From positions 1 to 64,000 of the IMG/VR virus record IMGVR_UViG_3300030372_004521: a DNA stretch of 64,000 bases; one strand, written 5' to 3'. The notes beneath the pieces are model-generated. The model worked only from the letters and a program-made list of their open reading frames with translations, was not told the origin of the DNA and did not search any database. The stretch is from a virus. Taxonomy: Duplodnaviria > Caudoviricetes. Of this stretch, positions 1 to 7,840 are shown piece by piece; within the stretch, counting starts at the first letter, position 1, and the number at the start of each line of letters is the position of its first letter. The position numbers were made by a program, and so were the translations under genes.

Positions 1-263
1 ACACTTACACCTTACGGAGATAAGACAGGTTCATCTGCCCCAACAGGACACGTAGCCGCAAGTTCAAGAGTTGTATTAGTACAAAATGCTAGTGGCCAAG
101 TTGGTATTAATGATATTTCACCATCAGACACACTTGATGTAAATGGATCAGTTAGTTTAAAAAATACTAGTGCTACAGCAACAAACTATATTCACATGCC
201 TAGAGGTGGTGGAATTACTTTTTATGGTGATGCTAATCAACATCATGGTATCTTCTCAAGAAA
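1..263 (+). repeat. Direct repeat copy A (matches 45291..45553)
   Basis: First 95 nt identical to 45291-45385; 7 mismatches over 263 nt (at 96,148,181,190,198,206,249), then divergence. Confidence 0.95.
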
Positions 264-759
264 CCTAGTAAATACTGCAGCAGACGATATTTTAATTAGC
301 TCTTATGGTTCTATATATTTTGATTTAGATTCAAATTCAAACAATTCATCTAGTGCAGACTTTGTTGTTGGCAGACATAATTCAAATGGTGGTAATAGAC
401 TTAATCTTAATGGAGAAGATGGCGACCTTATAGTAGCAGGTAATATGACAGCTTATGGTTCAGCTTCAGATTTAAGATTAAAAGAAAATATAGTCACAAT
501 AGAAAATCCATTAGATAAAGTTTCTCAACTTAGAGGTGTAACCTTTAATTACAAAGAAGATGGCTCAAAATCAACAGGTCTTATTGCTCAAGAACTAGAA
601 AAAGTCTTACCTGAAGTGGTGTATGAGACTGAAGATATTAATGATGCTGATGACAAATTTAAAGCTGTAAGATACGGTAATGTTGTTGGGCTTTTAGTTG
701 AAGCTATTAAAGAGTTGAAAGCAGAAGTAGAAGAACTAAAAAAGATAAAAAATGCCTAA
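1..759 (+). CDS. Tail fibre C-terminus with intramolecular chaperone (Peptidase S74) domain; 5'-partial, continues 39111..45290 on the circle
   Basis: Frame open from base 1 (TLTPYGDK...), the same peptide as the fibre at 45291; SD.RLKENI...GLIAQELEKVLPEVV...Y..VVGLLVEAIKEL is the S74 chaperone signature. Confidence 0.9.
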   Translation, partial: TLTPYGDKTGSSAPTGHVAASSRVVLVQNASGQVGINDISPSDTLDVNGSVSLKNTSATATNYIHMPRGGGITFYGDANQHHGIFSRNLVNTAADDILISSYGSIYFDLDSNSNNSSSADFVVGRHNSNGGNRLNLNGEDGDLIVAGNMTAYGSASDLRLKENIVTIENPLDKVSQLRGVTFNYKEDGSKSTGLIAQELEKVLPEVVYETEDINDADDKFKAVRYGNVVGLLVEAIKELKAEVEELKKIKNA

Positions 760-1273
760 GACTAGAGCAGTTACAATGAATCTTACAAGTGCAGGGGCAA
801 GTGCTTCTCAAAATGCTAGAGAATCAGACACTATAAATGTTACTGTCAATATGCCTTCAGGTTTTCAATCTTCAGATTACACTTACAATGCTTTAGCTAT
901 TGCAGGGTGTAGTGTTACCAGTGGAGCTTCAGGTAATCATGGTGGTACTTGTACTATTACAGCTTCATCTTCAGGTACAGCTTATGATCTTAGGTTTACT
1001 GTTATGAAAGATGGGGTATTAGAGCCACAAGACCCATCAGGACAACTTACGGGTTCAGTAGGTGATGAGATAACACAATTTAGTATTAGTAGTGGAGAAA
1101 TAGAATTTGCTGACATACAGACTTTTTGGGGTGGCAGTAATCCAATAGAAATATCAGAATACTATAGAGGTGGTTCTTATGTACCCTCTTTATCTGATAC
1201 AGGCGACAATGACAACATACCAACATCAGGTGAAATTGAAATAGCTGATTTTTACAGTATGTATAAAGAATGA
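752..1273 (+). CDS. Tail fibre-associated/adhesin-like structural protein
   Basis: Follows the fibre; C-terminal SGEI..ADI..F.GG.NPI.ISEYYRGG...NIPTSGEI...DFY motif typical of phage fibre-tip accessory proteins. Confidence 0.55.
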   Translation: MPKTRAVTMNLTSAGASASQNARESDTINVTVNMPSGFQSSDYTYNALAIAGCSVTSGASGNHGGTCTITASSSGTAYDLRFTVMKDGVLEPQDPSGQLTGSVGDEITQFSISSGEIEFADIQTFWGGSNPIEISEYYRGGSYVPSLSDTGDNDNIPTSGEIEIADFYSMYKE

Positions 1274-1280
1274 TAAAAGA

Positions 1281-1289
1281 TGGTATAAT
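1281..1289 (+). promoter_or_regulatory. Extended -10 promoter (TGgTATAAT) 8 nt before ATG 1298
   Basis: Perfect TATAAT at 1284-1289; same TATAAT-N8-ATG in the second copy at 46721. Confidence 0.6.
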
Positions 1290-1297
1290 TTTCAATT

Positions 1298-1636
1298 ATG
1301 GCAATAAGTTATACATGGGATACAAAACAACACGAATACTATCCCACACACAATAGTAAAACCAAAGTCGTTCATACTGTACATTGGAGATTACTAGCAA
1401 CTGATTCAGATAAAGATGAAAACGGTGTTAATTATACAGCCGAAACTTATGGTGCTTGTGCTTTAGATACATCTGATTTATCTAACTGGGTGGCTTATGG
1501 AAGTGTAAATGCAACCAAAACCCAAGAATGGGTAGAAGCTACACTAGGTTCTACAGAGGTGGCTAGTATGAAATCAGCTTTAGATGCTAAAATTGCAGGA
1601 ATAAAATCTCCTTCTAGTGTAAATACTAGTTTTTAG
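1298..1636 (+). CDS. Conserved phage protein (fibre-associated), first gene of cassette copy 1
   Basis: 112 aa, 98/112 identical to 46735..47073. Confidence 0.8.
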   Translation: MAISYTWDTKQHEYYPTHNSKTKVVHTVHWRLLATDSDKDENGVNYTAETYGACALDTSDLSNWVAYGSVNATKTQEWVEATLGSTEVASMKSALDAKIAGIKSPSSVNTSF

Positions 1637-1644
1637 TTTTGTAG

Positions 1645-1995
1645 ATGAATGAAGTAGTTACTATTATTCAACAAGTAGGTTTTCCTATAGCTGCGGCTTT
1701 AGGTCTAGGATGGTTCATTTTTAAATTAATAATGAGAATTGTTGATGGAATGGAAACAAAATTAGATGTTGTTGATGAAAAAGTAGCAGAACAAATAACA
1801 GCTATGGAACAAAGACTAGGTACTAAGTTAGATGGACAGCATGGTATTTTAGTGGCACTAATAGATAGAGTACGTTCTCTTGACAATGAAATCATAAGAC
1901 AAGATACTCTGATAAAGACAATTTTGGGTGTGCCACAATTAATTGACAGTAACAAAATTGCAAAGGCTGACAGAGATGATCAAAGAAAAGACTAA
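1645..1995 (+). CDS. Single-TM coiled-coil membrane protein (holin/antiholin-like)
   Basis: N-terminal TM (GFPIAAALGLGWFIF) then coiled coil; homolog at 47102 with the same C-terminus KIAKADRDDQRKD. Confidence 0.65.
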   Translation: MNEVVTIIQQVGFPIAAALGLGWFIFKLIMRIVDGMETKLDVVDEKVAEQITAMEQRLGTKLDGQHGILVALIDRVRSLDNEIIRQDTLIKTILGVPQLIDSNKIAKADRDDQRKD

Positions 1996-2467
1996 TGATT
2001 TTTTAAAATACTATAAAAGTAAAAAAGGATGTGTAGTTTTACTACTTCCATTATTAGTTTTGCCCGTTTTAGCAGATAAAATGGTACATAAGTTTAAAAG
2101 TCCTAGCTTCAGTGGTGAAAATCAATCAGCACACTATCTAACGATAGAAAACCAAGAATTTAACCGTAAACAAGCTATAAAAGCTGAAATTGAAGCATAT
2201 CAAGACGAATTAGCTAGAGAAGCAGAAAATACGACACTAGCGAGGTTCATAAGAAACTTAGAGTCTAGAATTTATGCACAATTATCTAGACAATTAGTAG
2301 ATGCTCTATTTGGGGAAACACCTAGTACAAGTGGTATTTTAGAACTTATGGGAAATACTATTGAGTACTCTGTAAGTGAAGATGGTTTAATGATAACTTT
2401 AAGGATAACTGACTCAGATGGTAACACGACCGAAATTACTGTGCCTATTGGTTCTTTTACTTTCTAG
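1976..2467 (+). CDS. csgF: Curli assembly protein CsgF-like
   Basis: Signal peptide then MVHKFKSPSFSG...HYLTIENQE; F...LESRIYAQLSRQLV..LFGE...G...L.GNTIEY...ITD..G.TTEI.VP matches the CsgF pattern; ATG 1976 is positionally equivalent to ATG 47433. Confidence 0.85.
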   Translation: MIKEKTNDFLKYYKSKKGCVVLLLPLLVLPVLADKMVHKFKSPSFSGENQSAHYLTIENQEFNRKQAIKAEIEAYQDELAREAENTTLARFIRNLESRIYAQLSRQLVDALFGETPSTSGILELMGNTIEYSVSEDGLMITLRITDSDGNTTEITVPIGSFTF

Positions 2468-3236
2468 TTGTACTAGTTTTTTAATAGACCCATTAGATAA
2501 CAATATAATACCTATAGCTAAACCTGAACCTGCAGAGGTTCTTGATTTATTTACACCTGAATTAGCATCAATTCCTGCTCCTGAGAAGAAACTGTCTGTT
2601 GCTATCTATCCACAATCATTTACAGATCAAACAGGCCAAAGACTTAGTAATTCTATGTATGCAAGTTTCTCAACAGCTATAACACAAGCACCAAATACAT
2701 ATTTAATAAGAGCTTTAAGCCGAGCAGGTAGTGATAATGGTGGTTTCTTTGATGTAGTAGAAAGAATAGGTTTAGATTCTTTAACGAAAGAAAGGCAGAT
2801 CATTAGATCAACTAGAGAAGCATTTGAAGTAGATGAAAATTTGTCTCCATTACAATTTGCAGGTTTACTCATAGAGGGTGCAGTGGTAGGATATGAAAGT
2901 AACACACAAAGTGGTGGACAAGGCGCACGATATATGGGGATAGGAATGTCCAAGCAATATCGGATGGATACTGTAACGGTATCTTTGCGTTTAGTTTCTG
3001 TAAGCACAGGAGTAGTTTTATTAGATGTCTTAACTAGTAAGACGATTTACTCGGCTTCAATTAGTCAAGATGTCTTTCGCTTTCGGGCAAAAGGAACAAA
3101 GCTCGTAGAAATAGAGGGTGGTAATGTTCGTAATGAATCCACCAACTTAGCTCTACAAATGGCAATAGAAACAGCTGTTATTGATCTTATTGAACAAGGC
3201 GAAGAAAAAGGTTTTTGGAGTTATAAACAATTATGA
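2418..3236 (+). CDS. csgG: Curli secretion pore lipoprotein CsgG-like
   Basis: Lipobox LLSSC; F.DQTGQR, FSTAITQ, F.VVER.GLD.L.KERQIIR, GG.GARY.GIG.SKQYR.D.VTVSLR.VSV.TG, NES...A.Q.AIE.AV..LI..G...G.W are CsgG motifs. Confidence 0.92.
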   Translation: MVTRPKLLCLLVLLLSSCTSFLIDPLDNNIIPIAKPEPAEVLDLFTPELASIPAPEKKLSVAIYPQSFTDQTGQRLSNSMYASFSTAITQAPNTYLIRALSRAGSDNGGFFDVVERIGLDSLTKERQIIRSTREAFEVDENLSPLQFAGLLIEGAVVGYESNTQSGGQGARYMGIGMSKQYRMDTVTVSLRLVSVSTGVVLLDVLTSKTIYSASISQDVFRFRAKGTKLVEIEGGNVRNESTNLALQMAIETAVIDLIEQGEEKGFWSYKQL

Positions 3237-3931
3237 AAAAATTATTTTTACTAATGTTAAGTTTGAATGTCATAGCTGATAATGAAATTTACATAAACCA
3301 AGCAGGAGCAACATTAAATCTAGATGTTGAGCAATTAGGAAGCTCAAATATCATAGGTGGAGATGATGCTATCAGTGGTTCAATGACTGCATTTAATTTG
3401 ACAGGCGCTACAATGACACTTGACATCAACCAACTCGGAGATTCAAACAAATTTCTAGGAGATATTATTGCTGATTCATTTACAGGTTTTTTTGAATTTA
3501 ATGGAGATAGCAATACATTCACTATACAAGTTGATCCAACAAATACATATGGTGCTGATAGTAGTGATATTAACGTTGATGTAAGTGGTGGTAGTAATGA
3601 CTTTACTTTAAATGTAGGAACATCTGCTCTAGCAAGTACTTTAGACCTAGACTGGGTTATAAACGGAGAAAGCAATACATTAGATTTTGATATAAATTCT
3701 GATACAGCTACATCTTTCGTAGATATTGATGGTGATGATAACACTATTACATTTGACGGAACTGGTTATGCTGATGGGTATTTCTATTTAGATCAAACAG
3801 GTGATGATAGGACATTTAACATTACACAAAGCTCAACTCTTGCTTCTGACTGGCTCAAAATCATTACTAGTGGTAATGGTGGCTCTGTCTGTATCATACA
3901 AGACGATTCAGGCGGAAACACTTCCTGCTAA
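3233..3931 (+). CDS. Secreted curlin-like (CsgA/CsgB-like) beta-solenoid protein
   Basis: Signal peptide, then ~22-aa repeats with Q.G..N / G.SN turns (NEIYINQAG, EQLGSSN, NQLGDSN, NGDSN, SGGSN, NGESN, DGDDN, DQTGDD); terminal Cys pair; adjacent to csgG. Confidence 0.75.
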   Translation: MKKLFLLMLSLNVIADNEIYINQAGATLNLDVEQLGSSNIIGGDDAISGSMTAFNLTGATMTLDINQLGDSNKFLGDIIADSFTGFFEFNGDSNTFTIQVDPTNTYGADSSDINVDVSGGSNDFTLNVGTSALASTLDLDWVINGESNTLDFDINSDTATSFVDIDGDDNTITFDGTGYADGYFYLDQTGDDRTFNITQSSTLASDWLKIITSGNGGSVCIIQDDSGGNTSC

Positions 3932-4958
3932 TATTGGAAATATATTTGAGTTAAGAGGTAATGCAAAAGTTATAAGAGATAAAGACTATGATGCTGAATT
4001 AAAATTTGGCATCAGGTCTTTAGATGATGTAAGAACAAGTAACGGTAGAGTTGCTATAACATTTCTTGATGATTCTACTGTAAGAATAACTGAACATTCA
4101 AAACTCATCATAAATGAATATATTTATGACCCAAATCCATCTAAATCTAAAGTATCACTAAACTTTGCAAGTGGAACTCTTAAATTTGTTACGGGTAAAC
4201 TTGCTTCTATAGATAAAGAAAACATATCAATCAAAACCCCAAGTGCAGACATCTCAATTCGTGGCACATCATTCACAACGACAGTAGATGAATTAGGACG
4301 TAGTTTAATAATATTATTGCCTGATGAAAATGGACTACCTAGTGGTGAGATAGTTGTTAGTACTCTTGCAGGTTCAGTAGTTTTAAATCAACCATATCAA
4401 GCTACCACAACAAATGTATATGAGACACCACCATCAAAACCCGTAATACTTGATTTAAACGCAAATTTAATAAATAACATGCTCATAGTATCACCACCTA
4501 AAAAGCAGGTCGTAGTAGAGGAAACATACACAAATACAGTAAGCGACCCTCTAGACTTTTTAGAGCTTGATATAGATTACTTAAATGAGGACTTTCTTGA
4601 TGCTGAGTCTGAGCTTGATTTTACTGAATTAGATATAGACTACCTTGATGTCAATTTCTTTGAAGATTTACTAGATATAATAGATGAAATAGATCAATTA
4701 AATGATGATGAACTAGAGTCACAATTTGCTAACAATATTGTTCAAGGCACAAATCTTGGACAAGACTTAGAAACCAATATAACAACAATACTTACTGGCG
4801 ATACTATTTCTTTACGTAGAACGGTAAATCAAAGTGTACAACTAGACTTAGATAGTGGTCTTGCTTATACGGTCATATTCATACAAGATGGTAAGAGTAA
4901 TCAGATTATTGTAAATGGGGGTGGAACATCAAGAATAAGAATTATACAAAGCTCTTAA
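3801..4958 (+). CDS. FecR-domain periplasmic protein with acidic repeat and C-terminal beta region (start uncertain)
   Basis: D.VRT.NGRV.I.F.DDS.V...EHS.L.I.EY.YDP...L....GT..F..G......I.TP.A.I.IRGT.F is the FecR pattern; hydrophobic N-terminus overlaps the curlin gene. Confidence 0.85.
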   Translation: MMIGHLTLHKAQLLLLTGSKSLLVVMVALSVSYKTIQAETLPANIGNIFELRGNAKVIRDKDYDAELKFGIRSLDDVRTSNGRVAITFLDDSTVRITEHSKLIINEYIYDPNPSKSKVSLNFASGTLKFVTGKLASIDKENISIKTPSADISIRGTSFTTTVDELGRSLIILLPDENGLPSGEIVVSTLAGSVVLNQPYQATTTNVYETPPSKPVILDLNANLINNMLIVSPPKKQVVVEETYTNTVSDPLDFLELDIDYLNEDFLDAESELDFTELDIDYLDVNFFEDLLDIIDEIDQLNDDELESQFANNIVQGTNLGQDLETNITTILTGDTISLRRTVNQSVQLDLDSGLAYTVIFIQDGKSNQIIVNGGGTSRIRIIQSS

Positions 4959-6742
4959 TAATACCTTTATTAGCAATATTAGTTATTCCTTTATTATTCC
5001 AATATAAAGCACTTGATATATTAAAGTTAAAAACCTTTGATACTTTTGTTGAAACCCCTGAACCATCAGGATATTTTACAATTTTAAATATTACAGAAAA
5101 TGATGTTAGAAATGAGGGTGGGTGGCCTTTCCCAAGACAACGATTAGCAGAAATACAAAGACAACTTGAAAGAAATGGTGCTATTGGTGTAGGATGGGTA
5201 GTGTCATTCATAGATGAGGACAGATTTGGTGGCGATGACACTTTCATAGATTCTATTGACCAAATTGCTACAGTTGTCGCCACATTTTCTTCAGATACCA
5301 ATATTTTCCCTAAACCAACTGGCACTGTAATTCTTGGTGAAGAATCTACAGGAATACCAATAAACGGTTATATACCAAACATTCCAAAGATTTCAAATAG
5401 CATGATAGAGGGCATGGTTTCTGCTCCGATAGACTCAGATGGTTTGGTTCGCAGACTACCACTTTTATATAAAATTCCTGATGGGTGGACACCTAGTTTT
5501 GCAACCCAAGTGCTTAAGACACTGGTAGGCGCTGATACTTACATAATTAAGACGAATGAAGCAGGGATAGAGGAGATAAAAGTACAAGGACTTCCAGAGA
5601 CAAAGGTGGACAGTTTAGGTCGTAAGTGGATTTCTTGGGTAGATACTCCTGAAATTTCATTAATGGAAATGGAAAATGGAATGGGTGTTCAAGATATTCA
5701 GGGCAAATTTGTTTTTGTTGGTGTAACAGCTAAAGGTGTAATGCCACAATTATCTACAAGTAGTGGTGAGTTATTAGAACCTCATAAGATACAAGCTGCA
5801 CTAGCTGAATCTATACTGGTAAAGAACAGTCCAGTCATTCCATATTGGCATTTAGCTCTAGAATTAGCAATTTTTGTAATTTCAGGGCTTCTTATTTGGC
5901 TTCTAACGCAATATTTCGGACTTACCCTTAGTGTTACTATGGGTGTTTTAGTGATGATCTCTACTGCTTCATATGGATATTGGAGTATAAAACAGGGAAT
6001 ACTAATAGATGTTACTTGGTCATTAATAGGTCAGTTTATTATTGCTTCTACTAGTTTCTATTTTAGGTTTAGAGAACAATTCAAGTTAAGACAACAGATT
6101 AAAAAACAATTTGAGCATTACTTAGACCCACGTCAGGTTAAACGGTTACAAAACAATCCTGAATTATTGAAACTAGGTGGAGAGAAAAGATATTGTACTT
6201 ATATGTTCACTGATGTACGTGGTTTCACTCCATTAACAGAGAAACTTAAACCTGAAGAAGTAACGTACATAATGAATAAAGTATTAACTATTCAAGCAAA
6301 TGCTGTCAAAGAGTCTGAGGGTATGGTAGATAAATATATAGGTGATGCCATGATGGCTTGTTGGAATGCACCTCTAGATGTTGAAGAACATGAGAATAAA
6401 GCAATAGACACAGCAATTGAAATAATTTTAGGCATAAGGGAATTAAACAAAGAGCTTAAAATGCAGAGACTTCCAAAAATAAAAGTAGGTATAGGAATAA
6501 ACTCAGGTGAAGCTATTGTCGGTAACATGGGTTCTGAAGATAGATTTGAGTTTACAAGTCTAGGAGACCCAGTAAATTTATGTGCCCGTTTAGAGTCAAG
6601 TACTAAAGAACAACAGGTAGATATACTCATTGGTGAATCTACTCAAAATAATACTTCCTATAATTTAACAAAATTAGATGATATTATGGTCAAAGGTAAG
6701 AGTAAGCCAATTGGGGTTTACACATATGAGGTAAGAAAATGA
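4958..6742 (+). CDS. CHASE2-domain membrane class III adenylate cyclase (non-canonical start; ORF track start 5201 truncates the conserved N-terminus)
   Basis: Frame open from 4901; LKLKTFD..EPSGYFTILNITE..GG.P.PR..LAE conserved with 50390; D.DG.VRR.PL; three TM helices; catalytic MFTDVRGFT, DKYIGDA, FTSLGDPVNLCARLE. Confidence 0.9.
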   Translation: MIPLLAILVIPLLFQYKALDILKLKTFDTFVETPEPSGYFTILNITENDVRNEGGWPFPRQRLAEIQRQLERNGAIGVGWVVSFIDEDRFGGDDTFIDSIDQIATVVATFSSDTNIFPKPTGTVILGEESTGIPINGYIPNIPKISNSMIEGMVSAPIDSDGLVRRLPLLYKIPDGWTPSFATQVLKTLVGADTYIIKTNEAGIEEIKVQGLPETKVDSLGRKWISWVDTPEISLMEMENGMGVQDIQGKFVFVGVTAKGVMPQLSTSSGELLEPHKIQAALAESILVKNSPVIPYWHLALELAIFVISGLLIWLLTQYFGLTLSVTMGVLVMISTASYGYWSIKQGILIDVTWSLIGQFIIASTSFYFRFREQFKLRQQIKKQFEHYLDPRQVKRLQNNPELLKLGGEKRYCTYMFTDVRGFTPLTEKLKPEEVTYIMNKVLTIQANAVKESEGMVDKYIGDAMMACWNAPLDVEEHENKAIDTAIEIILGIRELNKELKMQRLPKIKVGIGINSGEAIVGNMGSEDRFEFTSLGDPVNLCARLESSTKEQQVDILIGESTQNNTSYNLTKLDDIMVKGKSKPIGVYTYEVRK

Positions 6743-7218
6743 AAGAATTACTTAGTAATATAATTGGTGCAGTAGCGCCAACTCTAGGAACAGCATTAGG
6801 TGGCCCGTTAGGTGGTATGGCTAGTAATGTTATATGTGATGTTTTAGGTTGTCCTAACAATCCTAAAGCTATAGAAAAAGCAGTTGCAGAAGCAACACCT
6901 GAAGATTTAGCTAAGATCAAAGAAGCTGAACTCAAGTTTGAAGCTGAAATGAAAAAACTTGATGTGGACATTTTTGCTCTTGAAACAGCAGATAAACAAG
7001 ATGCAAGAAAAGCATTTAGTAAAGACTGGACAGCTAGAATTATAGGTGTAGCTACCATTGGTGGCTTTCTTGGTTATATATTTTTAGTAACTTTACAACC
7101 ACCTGAACAGAACTCAGAGGCACTTATTAACCTAGTTTTAGGTTATTTAGGGGGTTTAGCTAGTGCCATAATTTCTTTTTACTTTGGAGCATCACATACT
7201 TCCAAAGATAAAGATTAA
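6739..7218 (+). CDS. Holin (3-TM, GTA-holin-like)
   Basis: APTLGTALGGPLGG N-terminus, D.QDAR motif, two C-terminal TMs ending ISFYFGAS; upstream of nuclease and lysozyme. Confidence 0.7.
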   Translation: MKELLSNIIGAVAPTLGTALGGPLGGMASNVICDVLGCPNNPKAIEKAVAEATPEDLAKIKEAELKFEAEMKKLDVDIFALETADKQDARKAFSKDWTARIIGVATIGGFLGYIFLVTLQPPEQNSEALINLVLGYLGGLASAIISFYFGASHTSKDKD

Positions 7219-7259
7219 TGTGCTAGACTTGTCTTGAACTACATATATGGAGAGTAAGT

Positions 7260-7427
7260 ATGTTTGCATTCATTATTGATATATTCGGTATTGTCTCAAT
7301 GGTAGTGTTCTTTGCTTCTTTAATAGCGATGATAACACCTACTCCAAAGGACAATGCATTTTTAGGAAAAGCATATAAGTTAATTGATTTTTTAGCTTTA
7401 AATATGTTTTTTGCTAAAGATAAATAA
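7260..7427 (+). CDS. Small membrane protein (TPTPKD motif), 55 aa, not in ORF track
   Basis: GGAG RBS, MFAFIIDIFGIVSMVVFFASLIAMITPTPKDNAFLGKAYKLIDFLALNMFFAKDK. Confidence 0.75.
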   Translation: MFAFIIDIFGIVSMVVFFASLIAMITPTPKDNAFLGKAYKLIDFLALNMFFAKDK

Positions 7428-7432
7428 TTATT

Positions 7433-7840
7433 ATGTCTGAACCTTTTGTCTATAACTGCTCATTAGTAAGAGTCATTGATGGTGACACTATTGATGTAGA
7501 TATAGACTTGGGGTTCGGTGTGTGGTTAAAAAAACAACGCGTAAGACTAGCAGGTATTGATACTCCTGAGTCAAGAACAAGAAATTTAAAAGAAAAAGCA
7601 TTAGGTCTAAAAGCTAAAGACAGATTAATTGAACTATGTACTGGAGCTTTTAAGGTCAAATCATTAGGTAAAGGTAAATATGGCAGAATACTTGGTATCC
7701 CTTATACGGAAGGTAACAAAGATATACTCGGAAGTAGTAAAGACATTTGCAAAATCCTTGTACAAGAGGGTCATGCAGTTGAATATTGGGGTGGTACTAA
7801 AAAAGCCAAAGTCAGAGAAGACGGAACATGGGGAGAATAA
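7433..7840 (+). CDS. Staphylococcal nuclease (thermonuclease)-like protein
   Basis: RVIDGDT, RVRLAGIDTPE, GKYGRILG motifs; homolog at 53145. Confidence 0.88.
   Translation: MSEPFVYNCSLVRVIDGDTIDVDIDLGFGVWLKKQRVRLAGIDTPESRTRNLKEKALGLKAKDRLIELCTGAFKVKSLGKGKYGRILGIPYTEGNKDILGSSKDICKILVQEGHAVEYWGGTKKAKVREDGTWGE

Noticed and set aside
1-263. Diversity-generating retroelement (TR/VR pair) in the tail fibre
   Set aside because: Mismatches with 45291-45553 include G/C and T/C and are not confined to adenines of one copy; no reverse transcriptase in the window
4958-6742. Pycsar/CBASS-type defence cyclase
   Set aside because: The architecture is TM-CHASE2-3TM-class III with ATP-type Lys/Thr residues, and there is no adjacent cNMP-binding TIR or TM effector
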